Below the pieces are notes generated by a model, which was not told the origin of the DNA, ran no database searches, and saw only the letters and a list, made by a program, of their open reading frames with translations. From Terriglobia bacterium (lineage in GTDB: Bacteria > Acidobacteriota > Terriglobia > Bryobacterales > Bryobacteraceae), in NCBI GenBank assembly GCA_963838205.1, contig CAWIQF010000024.1, positions 20,637 to 84,636 on the forward strand: a stretch of 64,000 nt of DNA, written 5' to 3'. The position numbers and the translations under genes were made by a program. Of the stretch, positions 40,129-49,482 are shown one piece after another (the stretch's first letter is position 1; each line of letters starts with the position of its first letter).

Positions 40129-40296
40129 CAACACGAGTGTTAACGCGGCAGGCATGAGTGCCTGCGCCACGGTGAATAGCCGGTGATCGTCGGAGGCTCT
40201 GCGGGACATGATGCTAGCGTTGCCTGCGGGCTGCCTGGCGAGTGCGCTTTGGAGTAGATTGGTCTATCCGGAATCCGGAGCCTGGAGAAGACCGCC

Positions 40297-41526
40297 ATGA
40301 CCCGCCGCACACTGCTCAAGATTCTCGCGGCCGCGCCCGCCGCGCCGCTGTTTCCCGCCTTCGGCGCGCTGGCCGCGCCCAGCGCGGGCAAGTTGAAAAT
40401 CAGCGCGATCAAGGCGCTGGGGATGCAGCCCGCGACGGCCGCGGGCAACTGCCTGATCCGCGTGGAGACGGACGGCGGCCTGTACGGTATCGGCGAGGCG
40501 GGCAGCACGGGGCCGATGGCGCGGGCGCGTATTCAGACCATGGAGCGGCTCCTGATCGGCAAAGATCCGCTGAGCATCGAAAAACATTTCTTCGAGATGA
40601 CGTCGTTGATGCACACCTACATCGCGCACATCCCGACCATCAGCGGGATCGACATGGCGCTATGGGACCTGGCCGGCAAGGTCCTCGACCGGCCGGTGTA
40701 CGAGCTGTTGGGCGGGCCGTTTCGCGAGGCCGTGATGATGTACTCGCACGGCGACGGCTTCGACATGCTGGACATGGGCGCGTGCCGCGCCTGGGCGGCG
40801 ATGGTGAAGTCGCGGCCGGAGGGTTTCAAAGCCTACAAGAACAGCATCAACACGGTGCTCGGCGTGCCGGCGGCGCGCTACGCCAACACCCTCACGCACG
40901 ACGATCTGAAGAAGATTCGTACGGCCTACACCAATTGCCGCGAGGCCGTGGGCGACGAGATCGACATCGCGGTGCACTGCCACAACGAATTCGATACGCC
41001 CAGCGCGATCGCCGTGGCCAAGGCCGTCGAGCCGATGGACCCGCTGTTCATCGAAGACGCGCTGAACCCGCCCTTCTCGGAGGGTTGGATGGCGTTGAGG
41101 CGCTCGACGCGCATTCCGCTGCTGACGGGCGAAAAGCTGGAGTTGGTGCGCGGCTTCAAGCCGTTCCTCGACACGCAGGCGGTGGACTTCGTGCATCCGG
41201 ACCTGGCGTTCGCGGGCGGACTCACCGGCACGCGCAAGATCGCCGACTACGCCGCGCTGACGCGGACGCCGGTGGCGCTGCACAATGTGGGGACGCTGGT
41301 GCTGACGCACGCGTCGGCGCACTTCGCCGCGTCAATCCAGAATTTCTATCGCAGTGAAAGCGCGCTCGGGCACCCGGCGCATTACGTGGAGCAGATGGCG
41401 GCGTCGAACCCGCCGCAGGTCCGCAACAGCCTGCTGCCGCTGCCCAAGGGCGCGGGGCTGGGTCTGGATCTGAACGTGGATTTCCTGAAGAAATACATGG
41501 CCGAGGGCGAGACGTGGTGGGGGTAG
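40297..41526 (+). CDS. enolase-superfamily enzyme (mandelate racemase/muconate lactonizing, sugar-acid dehydratase-like) with Tat signal
   Basis: N-terminus MTRRTLLKILAAAPAAPLFPAFGALAAP. Body has ...LIRVETDGGLYGIGEAG..., ...DIAVHCHNEF... and ...PLFIEDAL...LLTGEKL... typical of MR/MLE family members. Confidence 0.8.
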   Translation: MTRRTLLKILAAAPAAPLFPAFGALAAPSAGKLKISAIKALGMQPATAAGNCLIRVETDGGLYGIGEAGSTGPMARARIQTMERLLIGKDPLSIEKHFFEMTSLMHTYIAHIPTISGIDMALWDLAGKVLDRPVYELLGGPFREAVMMYSHGDGFDMLDMGACRAWAAMVKSRPEGFKAYKNSINTVLGVPAARYANTLTHDDLKKIRTAYTNCREAVGDEIDIAVHCHNEFDTPSAIAVAKAVEPMDPLFIEDALNPPFSEGWMALRRSTRIPLLTGEKLELVRGFKPFLDTQAVDFVHPDLAFAGGLTGTRKIADYAALTRTPVALHNVGTLVLTHASAHFAASIQNFYRSESALGHPAHYVEQMAASNPPQVRNSLLPLPKGAGLGLDLNVDFLKKYMAEGETWWG

Positions 41527-41808
41527 AGTAGCTCGCAGGGGGTGCGCAGCGGCTCGCTCCAGCAAGTCGTGTGACCCTCCCTGGGGGAGACGCGCCCATG
41601 GCGCGCGGATACTCAAGAACGAAAAATGCGGAACAAAACCAAGTTGTATGTTGTTTGATTATTATCAATGGCTTAAGGCTTATCTTTCGGCCATTTCTTG
41701 ACCACAGGCAGAGGGTCTGAAACCGCGAGCGCCGCGCCGAGAGAAGTGGACCGCCCAATTGAGTGTAGGTCCGTTGTCAGGGGGGGCTGCGAAGCACGTG
41801 ATTTATCC

Positions 41809-41837
41809 TTGACGGAGACTGGTTTATGTCATAAACT
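41809..41837 (+). promoter_or_regulatory. candidate promoter TTGACG-N17-TAAACT ending 7 nt before the ATG
   Basis: TTGACG gagactggtttatgtca TAAACT acaatac ATG. The predicted transcription start falls at or 1-2 nt before the start codon. Confidence 0.4.
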
Positions 41838-41844
41838 ACAATAC

Positions 41845-42546
41845 ATGGCGGACCAAACCTCGTGCGATTCGCCCGGCCGCAAAGCTGCCGCGTATTGGTT
41901 CATCGACGGGTTGCCGGAAATTGTCGTCAGCCTGATCTTTATCGCGATGGGGTGTGGCCATCTCTATCTCAACGACGCCCATCTTCACCCGAGGTGGGTC
42001 CGCGCGACGATGGTGGCCATCGACGTGGCGTTGGTCGTGGTCATCCTGGTATTCGGCCGATCGATGGATCTGTTCCTGAAGTCCCGGATCACTTTTCCGA
42101 GGACCGGCTATGTGCGGCCTCCGTGCGACTGGCGAGAGGACCCAGATCAGGAGACCGTCGTGAGCCTCGGGTTGACGAGCGAAAGCCGCCCGCCAAACCA
42201 AAATGTCACACGTTTCACCTCGTCGATTTTCGCTGCGGTGGTCCTGGCGCAAGTACTCGCCGGAGTGATCGCAAGGCCCATCGGGTTGGCAATTGCGATG
42301 TCGTCAGCGGCAATCCTGCTGTACGTGCTGCGCCGCCACAGTGAGCGACCGTACCATTGGGCAGCGGTTCTCTTGCTCCCTCTCGCCGGAATTGCCGCGA
42401 TGCGGCTGCCAATGGGAGCGGACGACTATCCTTGGGCCGCGACTCTGATCGGAGGCGCCTGGCTTGCTTTGCAGGGCGCCTGGAGGCTGATCGGCTATGT
42501 GCGCCGGTATTCGCGGCACGCACCGCTGGAGAGCGTACGGCCGTGA
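41845..42546 (+). CDS. hypothetical multi-pass membrane protein
   Basis: Start at MADQTSCDS (ATG 41845). About six hydrophobic helices. The stop overlaps the GTG start of the downstream regulator (GTGA). Confidence 0.6.
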   Translation: MADQTSCDSPGRKAAAYWFIDGLPEIVVSLIFIAMGCGHLYLNDAHLHPRWVRATMVAIDVALVVVILVFGRSMDLFLKSRITFPRTGYVRPPCDWREDPDQETVVSLGLTSESRPPNQNVTRFTSSIFAAVVLAQVLAGVIARPIGLAIAMSSAAILLYVLRRHSERPYHWAAVLLLPLAGIAAMRLPMGADDYPWAATLIGGAWLALQGAWRLIGYVRRYSRHAPLESVRP

Positions 42547-42866
42547 ATGAGCGCATTCGCGAGCTCTCGCAGCTCGACCGGCTGGTCCACGAGCCTGCCC
42601 GGCTCCAGATCCTGATGTTTCTGGAGGAGGTGGGAGAGGCGGACTTTCTCTACCTGCAGCGTGAGGGAGGATTCACGCAGGGAAATCTCTCGGGTCATCT
42701 CTCCAGGCTGGAAGATGCGGGTTACGTCCAAATCCGGAAGATGTTCAAGGGCAAGACGCCGCTCACAGTCTGCGCGCTCACGCCGAGTGGCGAGGTAGCG
42801 CTGGACGCCTATCGCCGGCAGATGTTCGGGATCTTATCGGAAGGCCAAGAATCGAAGCCTGCTTAA
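42543..42866 (+). CDS. winged-helix (ArsR/MarR-like, HTH_34-type) transcriptional regulator
   Basis: LDRLVHEPARLQILMFLEEVGEADFLYLQREGGFTQGNLSGHLSRLEDAGYVQIRK. GTG start overlaps the upstream stop. Confidence 0.7.
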   Translation: MNERIRELSQLDRLVHEPARLQILMFLEEVGEADFLYLQREGGFTQGNLSGHLSRLEDAGYVQIRKMFKGKTPLTVCALTPSGEVALDAYRRQMFGILSEGQESKPA

Positions 42867-42929
42867 GCCGCTGATGCCTGTAGGAAGATTCGGGGGGCCG
42901 GGGCCACGTCATAGGTGTAGTGTAAAAGT

Positions 42930-43475
42930 TTGGTTACAGATCCGGCCGAAGTGCGCCGCCTGACCGAATGGAAGGAAGCGGAGAACGTGCGCTTCCGGCG
43001 CTACCTGCATGCACGCCACCACGACCGGGTTGAGCCGTTCCAAATCATTGCCAGCAAGATCGAAGCGCAGATCGATTGCACCGCGTGCGCCAACTGTTGC
43101 CGCGAGATGATCGTCGAAGTGAATCAGGCCGATCTCGAGGCCATCGCGGCCCACCTCAACCTGAGCGTCGAGGACATGCGGCTGAAACACACCAGCGCCG
43201 ACCCGGACGATTCGCGCCAGCGTGTTTTACGCAACGCGCGCGATGCCTGCACGTTCCTCGACGGCAAGCTGTGCCTGATCTACGAAGCACGGCCGGCGGC
43301 GTGCCGCCACTTCCCGCACGCGCACCCCGGAGAGCATTCGTTGGGCGCGCGCATCGAGTCGGCGTGCCGGCACGCGGCGGTCTGCCCGATCCTCTACAAC
43401 GCGCTGGAGGAGTACAAGCATCAGTCGGGGTACCACGAGCGTGGAGGCTCGGCGGCAGCTTACGCGGGCGGCTGA
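42930..43475 (+). CDS. YkgJ-family cysteine-cluster (Fe/Zn-chelating) protein
   Basis: CTACANCC ... CTFLDGKLCLIYEARPAACRHFP pattern of the UPF0153/YkgJ family. Non-ATG start (TTG) as given in the ORF track. Confidence 0.7.
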   Translation: MVTDPAEVRRLTEWKEAENVRFRRYLHARHHDRVEPFQIIASKIEAQIDCTACANCCREMIVEVNQADLEAIAAHLNLSVEDMRLKHTSADPDDSRQRVLRNARDACTFLDGKLCLIYEARPAACRHFPHAHPGEHSLGARIESACRHAAVCPILYNALEEYKHQSGYHERGGSAAAYAGG

Positions 43476-43727
43476 TCAGCTCCGCTCTTCGTGATTGGAA
43501 TCCACGCCCGTGCCGCCCGTGCGGCGGTCAGCGATCCACGCAGGAAGTTGCGTCGAGTAGCGGGGGACATGTGATTTCCTTTCGAAGCTGTTCCTAATAG
43601 TGTCAAAAACGCTGGGCCCAAGTCGCAGCTTGAACCAAGTTCTTGCAGGTTCTCCGAATGTGTTCCACGGCCTTCGCTCAGAGGCTGGTTGTGCGGCAGC
43701 CCGCGACCATGCGCGATATGGGGAACT

Positions 43728-44039
43728 TCACGCCGCGGGCTGCGGCTCGGCCGGCACAGCGCTGCGCCTCGGAATTCGCAGTATCGCTTTGCCGCTCTGC
43801 TGGCGGGCCAGATCCAGCACATAGGCGCTCTGAAGGTTCATCCAGAAATCGGGCGACGTGCCGAAATAGCGGCCGAGACGCAGGGCGGTGTCCGCCGTGA
43901 TGTTCCGCTTCCCGGCCAGCAACTGATAGAGCCGGTTGGGCGGCACTTCGATCAGGTCGGCCAGCCTCTTCGCCGAAAGGCCAATCTCCTGCAACTCGTC
44001 GGCGAGGATTTCGCCAGGGTGAATGGGTGTGCGTGCCAT
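43728..44039 (-). CDS. higA: HigA-family antitoxin (XRE HTH)
   Basis: IHPGEILADELQEIGLSAKRLADLIEVPPNRLYQLLAGKRNITADTALRLGRYFGTSPDFWMNLQ is a canonical HigA/VapI sequence. Confidence 0.85.
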   Translation of the reverse strand: MARTPIHPGEILADELQEIGLSAKRLADLIEVPPNRLYQLLAGKRNITADTALRLGRYFGTSPDFWMNLQSAYVLDLARQQSGKAILRIPRRSAVPAEPQPAA

Positions 44040-44056
44040 GGTCTTCTTCTTCCGAT

Positions 44057-44341
44057 TTAGTGGTAGTCGACAATTTCAACGCTGGATGGGCCGGGCTCAT
44101 CCTTCGGCCACTTAAAACAAATGCGCCACTGGTCGTTAATCCGAATGGAATACCATCCTTTGCGGTCTCCCTTCAGGGCTTCCAAATGGTTGGAGTTGAG
44201 CGCGGCAAGCTCACCCAACGAGAGAGCGGCGTCGAGAATCCGCAAACGCTTCTCGGCCTGGCGCCTGAACGGCTCCCACTGGCGGACCTTTTCACCAGCG
44301 GCGAGACGTTCCGTGTTCCTATCGCGGTAACTCGCGATCAT
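44057..44341 (-). CDS. higB: HigB-type toxin (plasmid maintenance system killer, RelE superfamily)
   Basis: 94 aa. ...LEALKGDRKGWYSIRINDQWRICFKW...VEIVDYH is typical of HigB. It lies 17 nt upstream of higA, in the toxin-first order characteristic of HigBA. Confidence 0.8.
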   Translation of the reverse strand: MIASYRDRNTERLAAGEKVRQWEPFRRQAEKRLRILDAALSLGELAALNSNHLEALKGDRKGWYSIRINDQWRICFKWPKDEPGPSSVEIVDYH

Positions 44342-44355
44342 CCAGTCTCGGCACC

Positions 44356-44384
44356 ATTATAGACGCGTGACGTCAAATGTACAA
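44356..44384 (-). promoter_or_regulatory. candidate higBA promoter TTGTAC-N17-TATAAT with palindromic operator words in the spacer
   Basis: The minus strand reads TTGTAC atttgacgtcacgcgtc TATAAT ggtgccgagactgg ATG. The spacer contains the perfect palindromes TGACGTCA and ACGCGT. Confidence 0.5.
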
Positions 44385-44475
44385 TTTCGATTATTTCGCC
44401 GCCCCCTCGAAGGGAGCGCATGTTCTCCGTTGAGAGCGGGCGATCAATGCACAGGCCGGCGGCCCGCAGAGGGGC

Positions 44476-45996
44476 CTAGAGTTCCCAACCCTTCCTGTAT
44501 TCGCGGTACAGGTACTTGTTGGCTTCCGGAACATTTGTGATCTTCATGTTTTGAGCGTCCCACTCAATGCGCTTGCCAACCCGGCAGGCGATCGCGCCGA
44601 GGTTGAAGGCTTCCGCAATGGGGCCGGCGTGCAGGAACTCGGCCTCCGAGGGTTTGCCGCCGCGGCAGGCCGCGATCCAGTCCGTGAATGCGCGCGGCTG
44701 TTCGTCGCGGTCGCGGCGCTGGTGCGGCGCGGGTTGCGAGCCTTGGTAAGCCCGCATCTTCTTTTCCGGGATGAGCTGTGGATCCTCAATCAGGAATCCC
44801 GCCAGAATCTTGCCCTTGTCGCCGACGAACATCATCCCCTCGGCGGCCAACTCCCGATTGTCTTCGTACAATTCCTCGGGTGTGGGCGGCTTCATGCCGC
44901 CGTCGTGCCACCACAAATCGACGGGGCCGAACTCATCCCGCGCCGCGAATTTGAAGCGGATGGTCGAGGCCAGCGGGAACGAATAATCGTTCTTGATTTT
45001 TGTGCTGACCTGATCGACGAGCGTGCAGGCGCTGCTGTACGTCGCTTCGACGCTGACCGGAGCGGCCAGCTTGAGCGTCCGGAAGACCACCCACAGGCTG
45101 TAATGGCCCATGTCCGCGATAGAGCCGCCGCCGAAGTCGTACCAGCCGCGAAAGACCGCGTTGGTGTAGTGCGGGCTATAGGGGCGGTCGAGCGTCGGTC
45201 CGAGCCACAGGTCCCAATCGAGACCTTCCGGCACGGGCGGCCGATCCTCCGGCACAGTCAGGTACTGCGGCCAGACCGGCCGATTGGACCAGTTGTGGAC
45301 CGCGCGCAAATTGCCGATCGCGCCGTCCTTGATCCAGCTCATCACCTGATCCATCGAACCGTGGTAGTTCCAGGGAATGAAGTGCGTCGCGACCTTGGTT
45401 TGCCGGGCCGTCTCGATCACCTTGCGCGCTTCGTCCACGCGATTCGCGATGGGCTTGTGCATCGTCACATGCTTGCCCTTCTTCATCGCGGCAATTGAAA
45501 TCGTGGCGTGCAGGTGGTCGGGCGTCATGATTTTCACGGCGTCCAGGTCCTTCTGCTGCTCCAACAATTCGCGGAAATCGGCGTAAGTGGCGCAGCCTTT
45601 GTAATTGTCCGAGGCGCGCTTGGCGGCGTAGTAAGTCTCGACGATTTCGCGGCCGATTTCGCGTCCTCCGGGAATCCCGTCGATCCCTTCGTGCCAGTCG
45701 GATTTGCCGAGGAACTCCCGAATGTCGTTCCGCAGGCCGAACTTGTCCCAGTCCACGTAGTTGTTGCTGCCGCGGTTGGGATCGCACGTGGCGACGACCT
45801 GAATATCGTCGTTCTTCAGCATCGGCAGCAGCTCGCGGATGCCCTGCGTGCCCACGCCAATGTAAGCGACGGTCAGTTTGTCGCTCGGGGCGACGAAGTT
45901 GGTTCCTCCCAGAACATGGCGCGGAACGATGGTAAAAGCGGCGGCGGTGGTGGCGGCCGTGGTGAGGAATGTGCGGCGATTCTGATCGGATGACAT
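44476..45996 (-). CDS. Gfo/Idh/MocA family oxidoreductase with Tat signal
   Basis: MSSDQNRRTFLTTAATTAAAFTIV Tat motif, then the Rossmann start LTVAYIGVGTQGIRE, and ...MTPDHLHA.... Confidence 0.85.
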   Translation of the reverse strand: MSSDQNRRTFLTTAATTAAAFTIVPRHVLGGTNFVAPSDKLTVAYIGVGTQGIRELLPMLKNDDIQVVATCDPNRGSNNYVDWDKFGLRNDIREFLGKSDWHEGIDGIPGGREIGREIVETYYAAKRASDNYKGCATYADFRELLEQQKDLDAVKIMTPDHLHATISIAAMKKGKHVTMHKPIANRVDEARKVIETARQTKVATHFIPWNYHGSMDQVMSWIKDGAIGNLRAVHNWSNRPVWPQYLTVPEDRPPVPEGLDWDLWLGPTLDRPYSPHYTNAVFRGWYDFGGGSIADMGHYSLWVVFRTLKLAAPVSVEATYSSACTLVDQVSTKIKNDYSFPLASTIRFKFAARDEFGPVDLWWHDGGMKPPTPEELYEDNRELAAEGMMFVGDKGKILAGFLIEDPQLIPEKKMRAYQGSQPAPHQRRDRDEQPRAFTDWIAACRGGKPSEAEFLHAGPIAEAFNLGAIACRVGKRIEWDAQNMKITNVPEANKYLYREYRKGWEL

Positions 45997-46228
45997 GAGG
46001 ATCTCCTAGCGCGATGGATCACCAATACTCTACTCCCGCCGGAGTCCGGTCGGGATGCACGAGCCGCGGAGTGCGATGAACCAGGCGCGGTGTGGGCAGT
46101 GAGTTCGTTCCACGGTGTGCGCGGATCGGGCGCCCGGCTCCGTTCAGGCCATGGCCGTGAGCAGGCGCGCAGGCTGATACGATAGAACCATTCGGGTATC
46201 CCGAATCCTCAGGAGGGTAGATTATCGC

Positions 46229-46837
46229 ATGGTCGAAGTCGGGCTGACCTCCAGCTCACTGGTTGCGGTGCTCCTCTTGCTGGTGATCCCGCTGGTCGCC
46301 TATCTGTGGAAGCGCCGTCAACGGCCGGTCTATTTGGTTTTCTCCTGCCTCGCCATCACGGCCCTGTGGTATGTCTCGCGGAGTTCGATTCATGAGGCCT
46401 CTCATGTGCTCGGATACATCGCCTCCGGCGCGCCGGCGACATCGCTGAAAGTAGTTCCGTACTCCTGGGAGGGCTTCTTCGCGCAGAGCTTCACGGTCCA
46501 GGGAGTCACGGGGACGCACTGGCAGCGGTTGATCCAGCTCGCCGCCCCGTCCCTTGTGGATGGGCTGTTCATGCTGCTGGGAAGCTGGCTGTTCCACTGG
46601 CGGCACAAGTTTCCGCCGTCGGTGGGCGGGCTCGTTTTGATGCTCACCTACCTGCGCGCGCTGTGCGATCTGGTGATCAACTACATGGGCGGCGTACTCT
46701 CCAACTCGGGCGACTTTCAGCAGTTGCTTAGCGGTTATCCGCCTGTCGCCATTCACGTCTGCACGTGGGTCCTCATCCTGCTGGGCCTTCTGGGAACTTG
46801 GTCGGAGATCGGGTTGGCCCGGCCCGTCGATCAGTAA
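46229..46837 (+). CDS. hypothetical membrane protein with HExxH motif (possibly DUF3267/zincin-like)
   Basis: About five TM helices with SSIHEASHVLGY after TM2. AGGAGG lies upstream of the start. Confidence 0.5.
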   Translation: MVEVGLTSSSLVAVLLLLVIPLVAYLWKRRQRPVYLVFSCLAITALWYVSRSSIHEASHVLGYIASGAPATSLKVVPYSWEGFFAQSFTVQGVTGTHWQRLIQLAAPSLVDGLFMLLGSWLFHWRHKFPPSVGGLVLMLTYLRALCDLVINYMGGVLSNSGDFQQLLSGYPPVAIHVCTWVLILLGLLGTWSEIGLARPVDQ

Positions 46838-46843
46838 GGGCCG

Positions 46844-47872
46844 TCAGATTTCGATCACCACTTTGCCGAACTGCTGCTTGCCTTCCAGGCGTTCGTGGGC
46901 CGCACGGATTTCGTTCATCGGGTAGACCGAATCGACGACCGCGTGCACCGAGCCGTCGAACACCAGCCGCAACACGCGATGCAATTCCCCCAGCGTGCCC
47001 ATGAATGAGCCCAGCAGCGTCTGCTGCTTGCTGAATAGAAATCGGAGATCGAGCGCGACGTCGTAGCCCGTGGTCGCGCCGCACGTTACCAGCCGTCCTG
47101 AAGGCGCGAGACATTCCCGGCTGCGGTCCCACGTGGCCGATCCGACGTGTTCGAACACCACGTCCACGCCGCGCTTGGCGGTGAGCCGGCGGACTTCGGT
47201 GGTGACCTGATCACGGTAGTGGTTGAGGACGAAGTCAGCGCCGAGTTCCTGGCAGCGCGCCATCTTTTCTTCGCTGCCCGCGGTGGCGATGACGCGGCAG
47301 TGATGCCATTTCGCCAGTTGGATGGCGGCCATGCCGACGCCGCTCGAACCGGCGAGCACCAGCACATCCTCGCCCGGCTGCAGTCTGGCCCGCGTCATCA
47401 ACATGTGCCAGGCCGTGACGAAAACCAGCGGCGCGGCGGCGGCGTGCTGATAGTCGAGTGAATCGGGGATCGGAATCACGGCGTACTCAGGCGCGTTGAC
47501 CAGTTCGCGGTCGACGCCCGGCGCGCCGGTTCCGAATAGCGTGTACGAGTGGCACTCGTTATCGCGGCCTTCCAGGCACGCCAGGCATTGGCGGCAGCTG
47601 AGGCCGGGCCCGAGCAGCACGCGCTGCCCCGGCTGCACGCGCCGGCACAGTTCGCCGACTGCCACGACTTCTCCCGCCGCGTCGCTGCCGAGAATGTGCG
47701 GGAAGCTGAACTTCGCGCCCGGAATTCCGCTGCGGACGAACAGGTCGAGATGATTCAACGCCGCCGCGCGCACTCTCACCAGCACTTCGTCGGCGCGCAG
47801 TTGGGGTTCCGCAATGTCGGTGTATTCGAGAACCTCGGGACCCCCGTGGGCGTGGATTTGGACCGCTTTCAT
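46844..47872 (-). CDS. zinc-type alcohol dehydrogenase / quinone oxidoreductase (MDR family)
   Basis: Start at MKAVQIHAHGGPEVL. GSDAAGEVVAVG, CRQCLACLEGRDNEC structural-Zn loop, and LVLAGSSGVGMAAIQLAK NAD(P) fold. Confidence 0.85.
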   Translation of the reverse strand: MKAVQIHAHGGPEVLEYTDIAEPQLRADEVLVRVRAAALNHLDLFVRSGIPGAKFSFPHILGSDAAGEVVAVGELCRRVQPGQRVLLGPGLSCRQCLACLEGRDNECHSYTLFGTGAPGVDRELVNAPEYAVIPIPDSLDYQHAAAAPLVFVTAWHMLMTRARLQPGEDVLVLAGSSGVGMAAIQLAKWHHCRVIATAGSEEKMARCQELGADFVLNHYRDQVTTEVRRLTAKRGVDVVFEHVGSATWDRSRECLAPSGRLVTCGATTGYDVALDLRFLFSKQQTLLGSFMGTLGELHRVLRLVFDGSVHAVVDSVYPMNEIRAAHERLEGKQQFGKVVIEI

Positions 47873-47955
47873 GCACGACCTCCTGTCAGCACCGCACGCG
47901 CGTGGCGCGTCCGCAACGGGGCGTATTGCGCGTACCCGGCCAACCGCTCCATCGA

Positions 47956-49365
47956 TTAATGATCCCGCAGCGAATCGTCGATGCGCACGCGCCACTTGCG
48001 GGCGTCATCCAGAATGGCGCTGGCGTCAAGCGTCATCGGTATGCGGTCGCGCACCGTGAAGCCGCCTTCGATCACCACGTCGCGCACGTCGCTCGCCCTA
48101 AGCGAGTACACCAGCATCGAGTACGGGTCGTGGGCCGGAACGGCGTGGGGCGCGGTCGTATCCAGGGTGATGAAATCGGCGCGCTTGCCCGGTTCCAGTG
48201 ATCCGATCTCGGCCTCCATGCCCAGCGCCTTCGCGCCGCCAATGGTCGCCATTTCGAAGGCCTGGATCGCTGGCAGCGCCCGCGGGTTGACCTGCGTGAC
48301 CTTCGCCAGTTTAGCGGCGAGGTCGAGTTCCTCCAGCAGGTCCATGTCGTTGTTCGAACCCGCGGGCCCATCGGTGCCCAACCCGACGGCCAAGCCGGCG
48401 GCGAGCATCGCCGTCACGGGCGCGACGCCGCTGGCGAGCTTCATGTTGCTCGACGGACAATGCGCGATGCCGACGTGCAGCAGCGCGAGAGCAGCCAGGT
48501 CGCCTGGCGTGAGCCACACGCCGTGCGCGCAGATCGTGCGCCGTGCTACGGCGCCGATGGAAATAAGATACTGAGCCGGCGTGAGGCCGTGCTGAGCGAC
48601 CGAATCGTCATTCTCTTTTTTTGTTTCGGAGACGTGAATCAGCAATGGGACGGAGTATTTGTCGGCCAGTGCGCGCGCGGCCTTCAGCGTCTCCGGCGAG
48701 TTGGTGTAAAGCGCGTGCGGCGCGACGGCCGGCGTGATCAGCGCGTCGTTCCGGTACTCGCGGATGAAGCGCTCGGTGAATGCCAGCGCCGCTTGCGGCG
48801 TATCGTTGTCCGGGGCAGGGAAGCCGACGATGGTTTCGCCCAGCACGCCGCGCATGCCGGCATCGCGCGTGATGCGAGCCACTTCGTTCTCGAAGTAATA
48901 CATGTCGGCGTACGTCGTGATGCCGCCGAGCATCATCTCGAGCACGCCCAGCCGTGTGCCGGCACGAACGAATTCGAATGTGACATTCTTCTTTTCGGCG
49001 GGAAAGATGTAGTGGTCCAGCCAATCCTGCAGGCTGCGGTCGTCGGCGATGCCACGCAGCAGGCTCATGGCGGCGTGGGCGTGGGTGTTGATCAGGCCGG
49101 GCGTGAGGATCGCATCGGGCCGACTCAGGCGCAGCTTAGGGGTGTAGAGGAACTCCAGTTTCGTGCGCGCGCCGACGGCGAGAATGCGCCCGTCCTTCAC
49201 GGCGATGGCCGCGTCATGGAGCACATCGCGGTGAGCGTTCATCGTGACCACCGTGCCGGCGGAGACCAGAATGTCGGCCGGTTCGGCGGCCCACAGAGGC
49301 GACGCAAGCAACGACGCGAACAACGCCACGAGACTGACGGTCGCGGCGCGCGACCAATGCGCCAC
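47956..49365 (-). CDS. exported amidohydrolase (TRZ/ATZ / nucleoside-deaminase-like family); start uncertain
   Basis: GLINTHAHAAMSLLRG metal-binding motif and ...HVSETKKE...; signal peptide VAHWSRAATVSLVALFASLLASPLWAAEP if GTG 49365 is used. In-frame ATGs up to 49497 lie inside a 12-nt DNA repeat. Confidence 0.75.
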   Translation of the reverse strand: MAHWSRAATVSLVALFASLLASPLWAAEPADILVSAGTVVTMNAHRDVLHDAAIAVKDGRILAVGARTKLEFLYTPKLRLSRPDAILTPGLINTHAHAAMSLLRGIADDRSLQDWLDHYIFPAEKKNVTFEFVRAGTRLGVLEMMLGGITTYADMYYFENEVARITRDAGMRGVLGETIVGFPAPDNDTPQAALAFTERFIREYRNDALITPAVAPHALYTNSPETLKAARALADKYSVPLLIHVSETKKENDDSVAQHGLTPAQYLISIGAVARRTICAHGVWLTPGDLAALALLHVGIAHCPSSNMKLASGVAPVTAMLAAGLAVGLGTDGPAGSNNDMDLLEELDLAAKLAKVTQVNPRALPAIQAFEMATIGGAKALGMEAEIGSLEPGKRADFITLDTTAPHAVPAHDPYSMLVYSLRASDVRDVVIEGGFTVRDRIPMTLDASAILDDARKWRVRIDDSLRDH

Positions 49366-49482
49366 CGTGCGTGGCGGTCTTGCCGCGGGGCGCGCGGGAT
49401 CATTGCGCCGTGCCGCTGAGGAATGCGCGCACGCAGGGGTCGTTAGCGCGGGCTGCGAGCGTCCGCCGCAGCGGCGCTTCCC

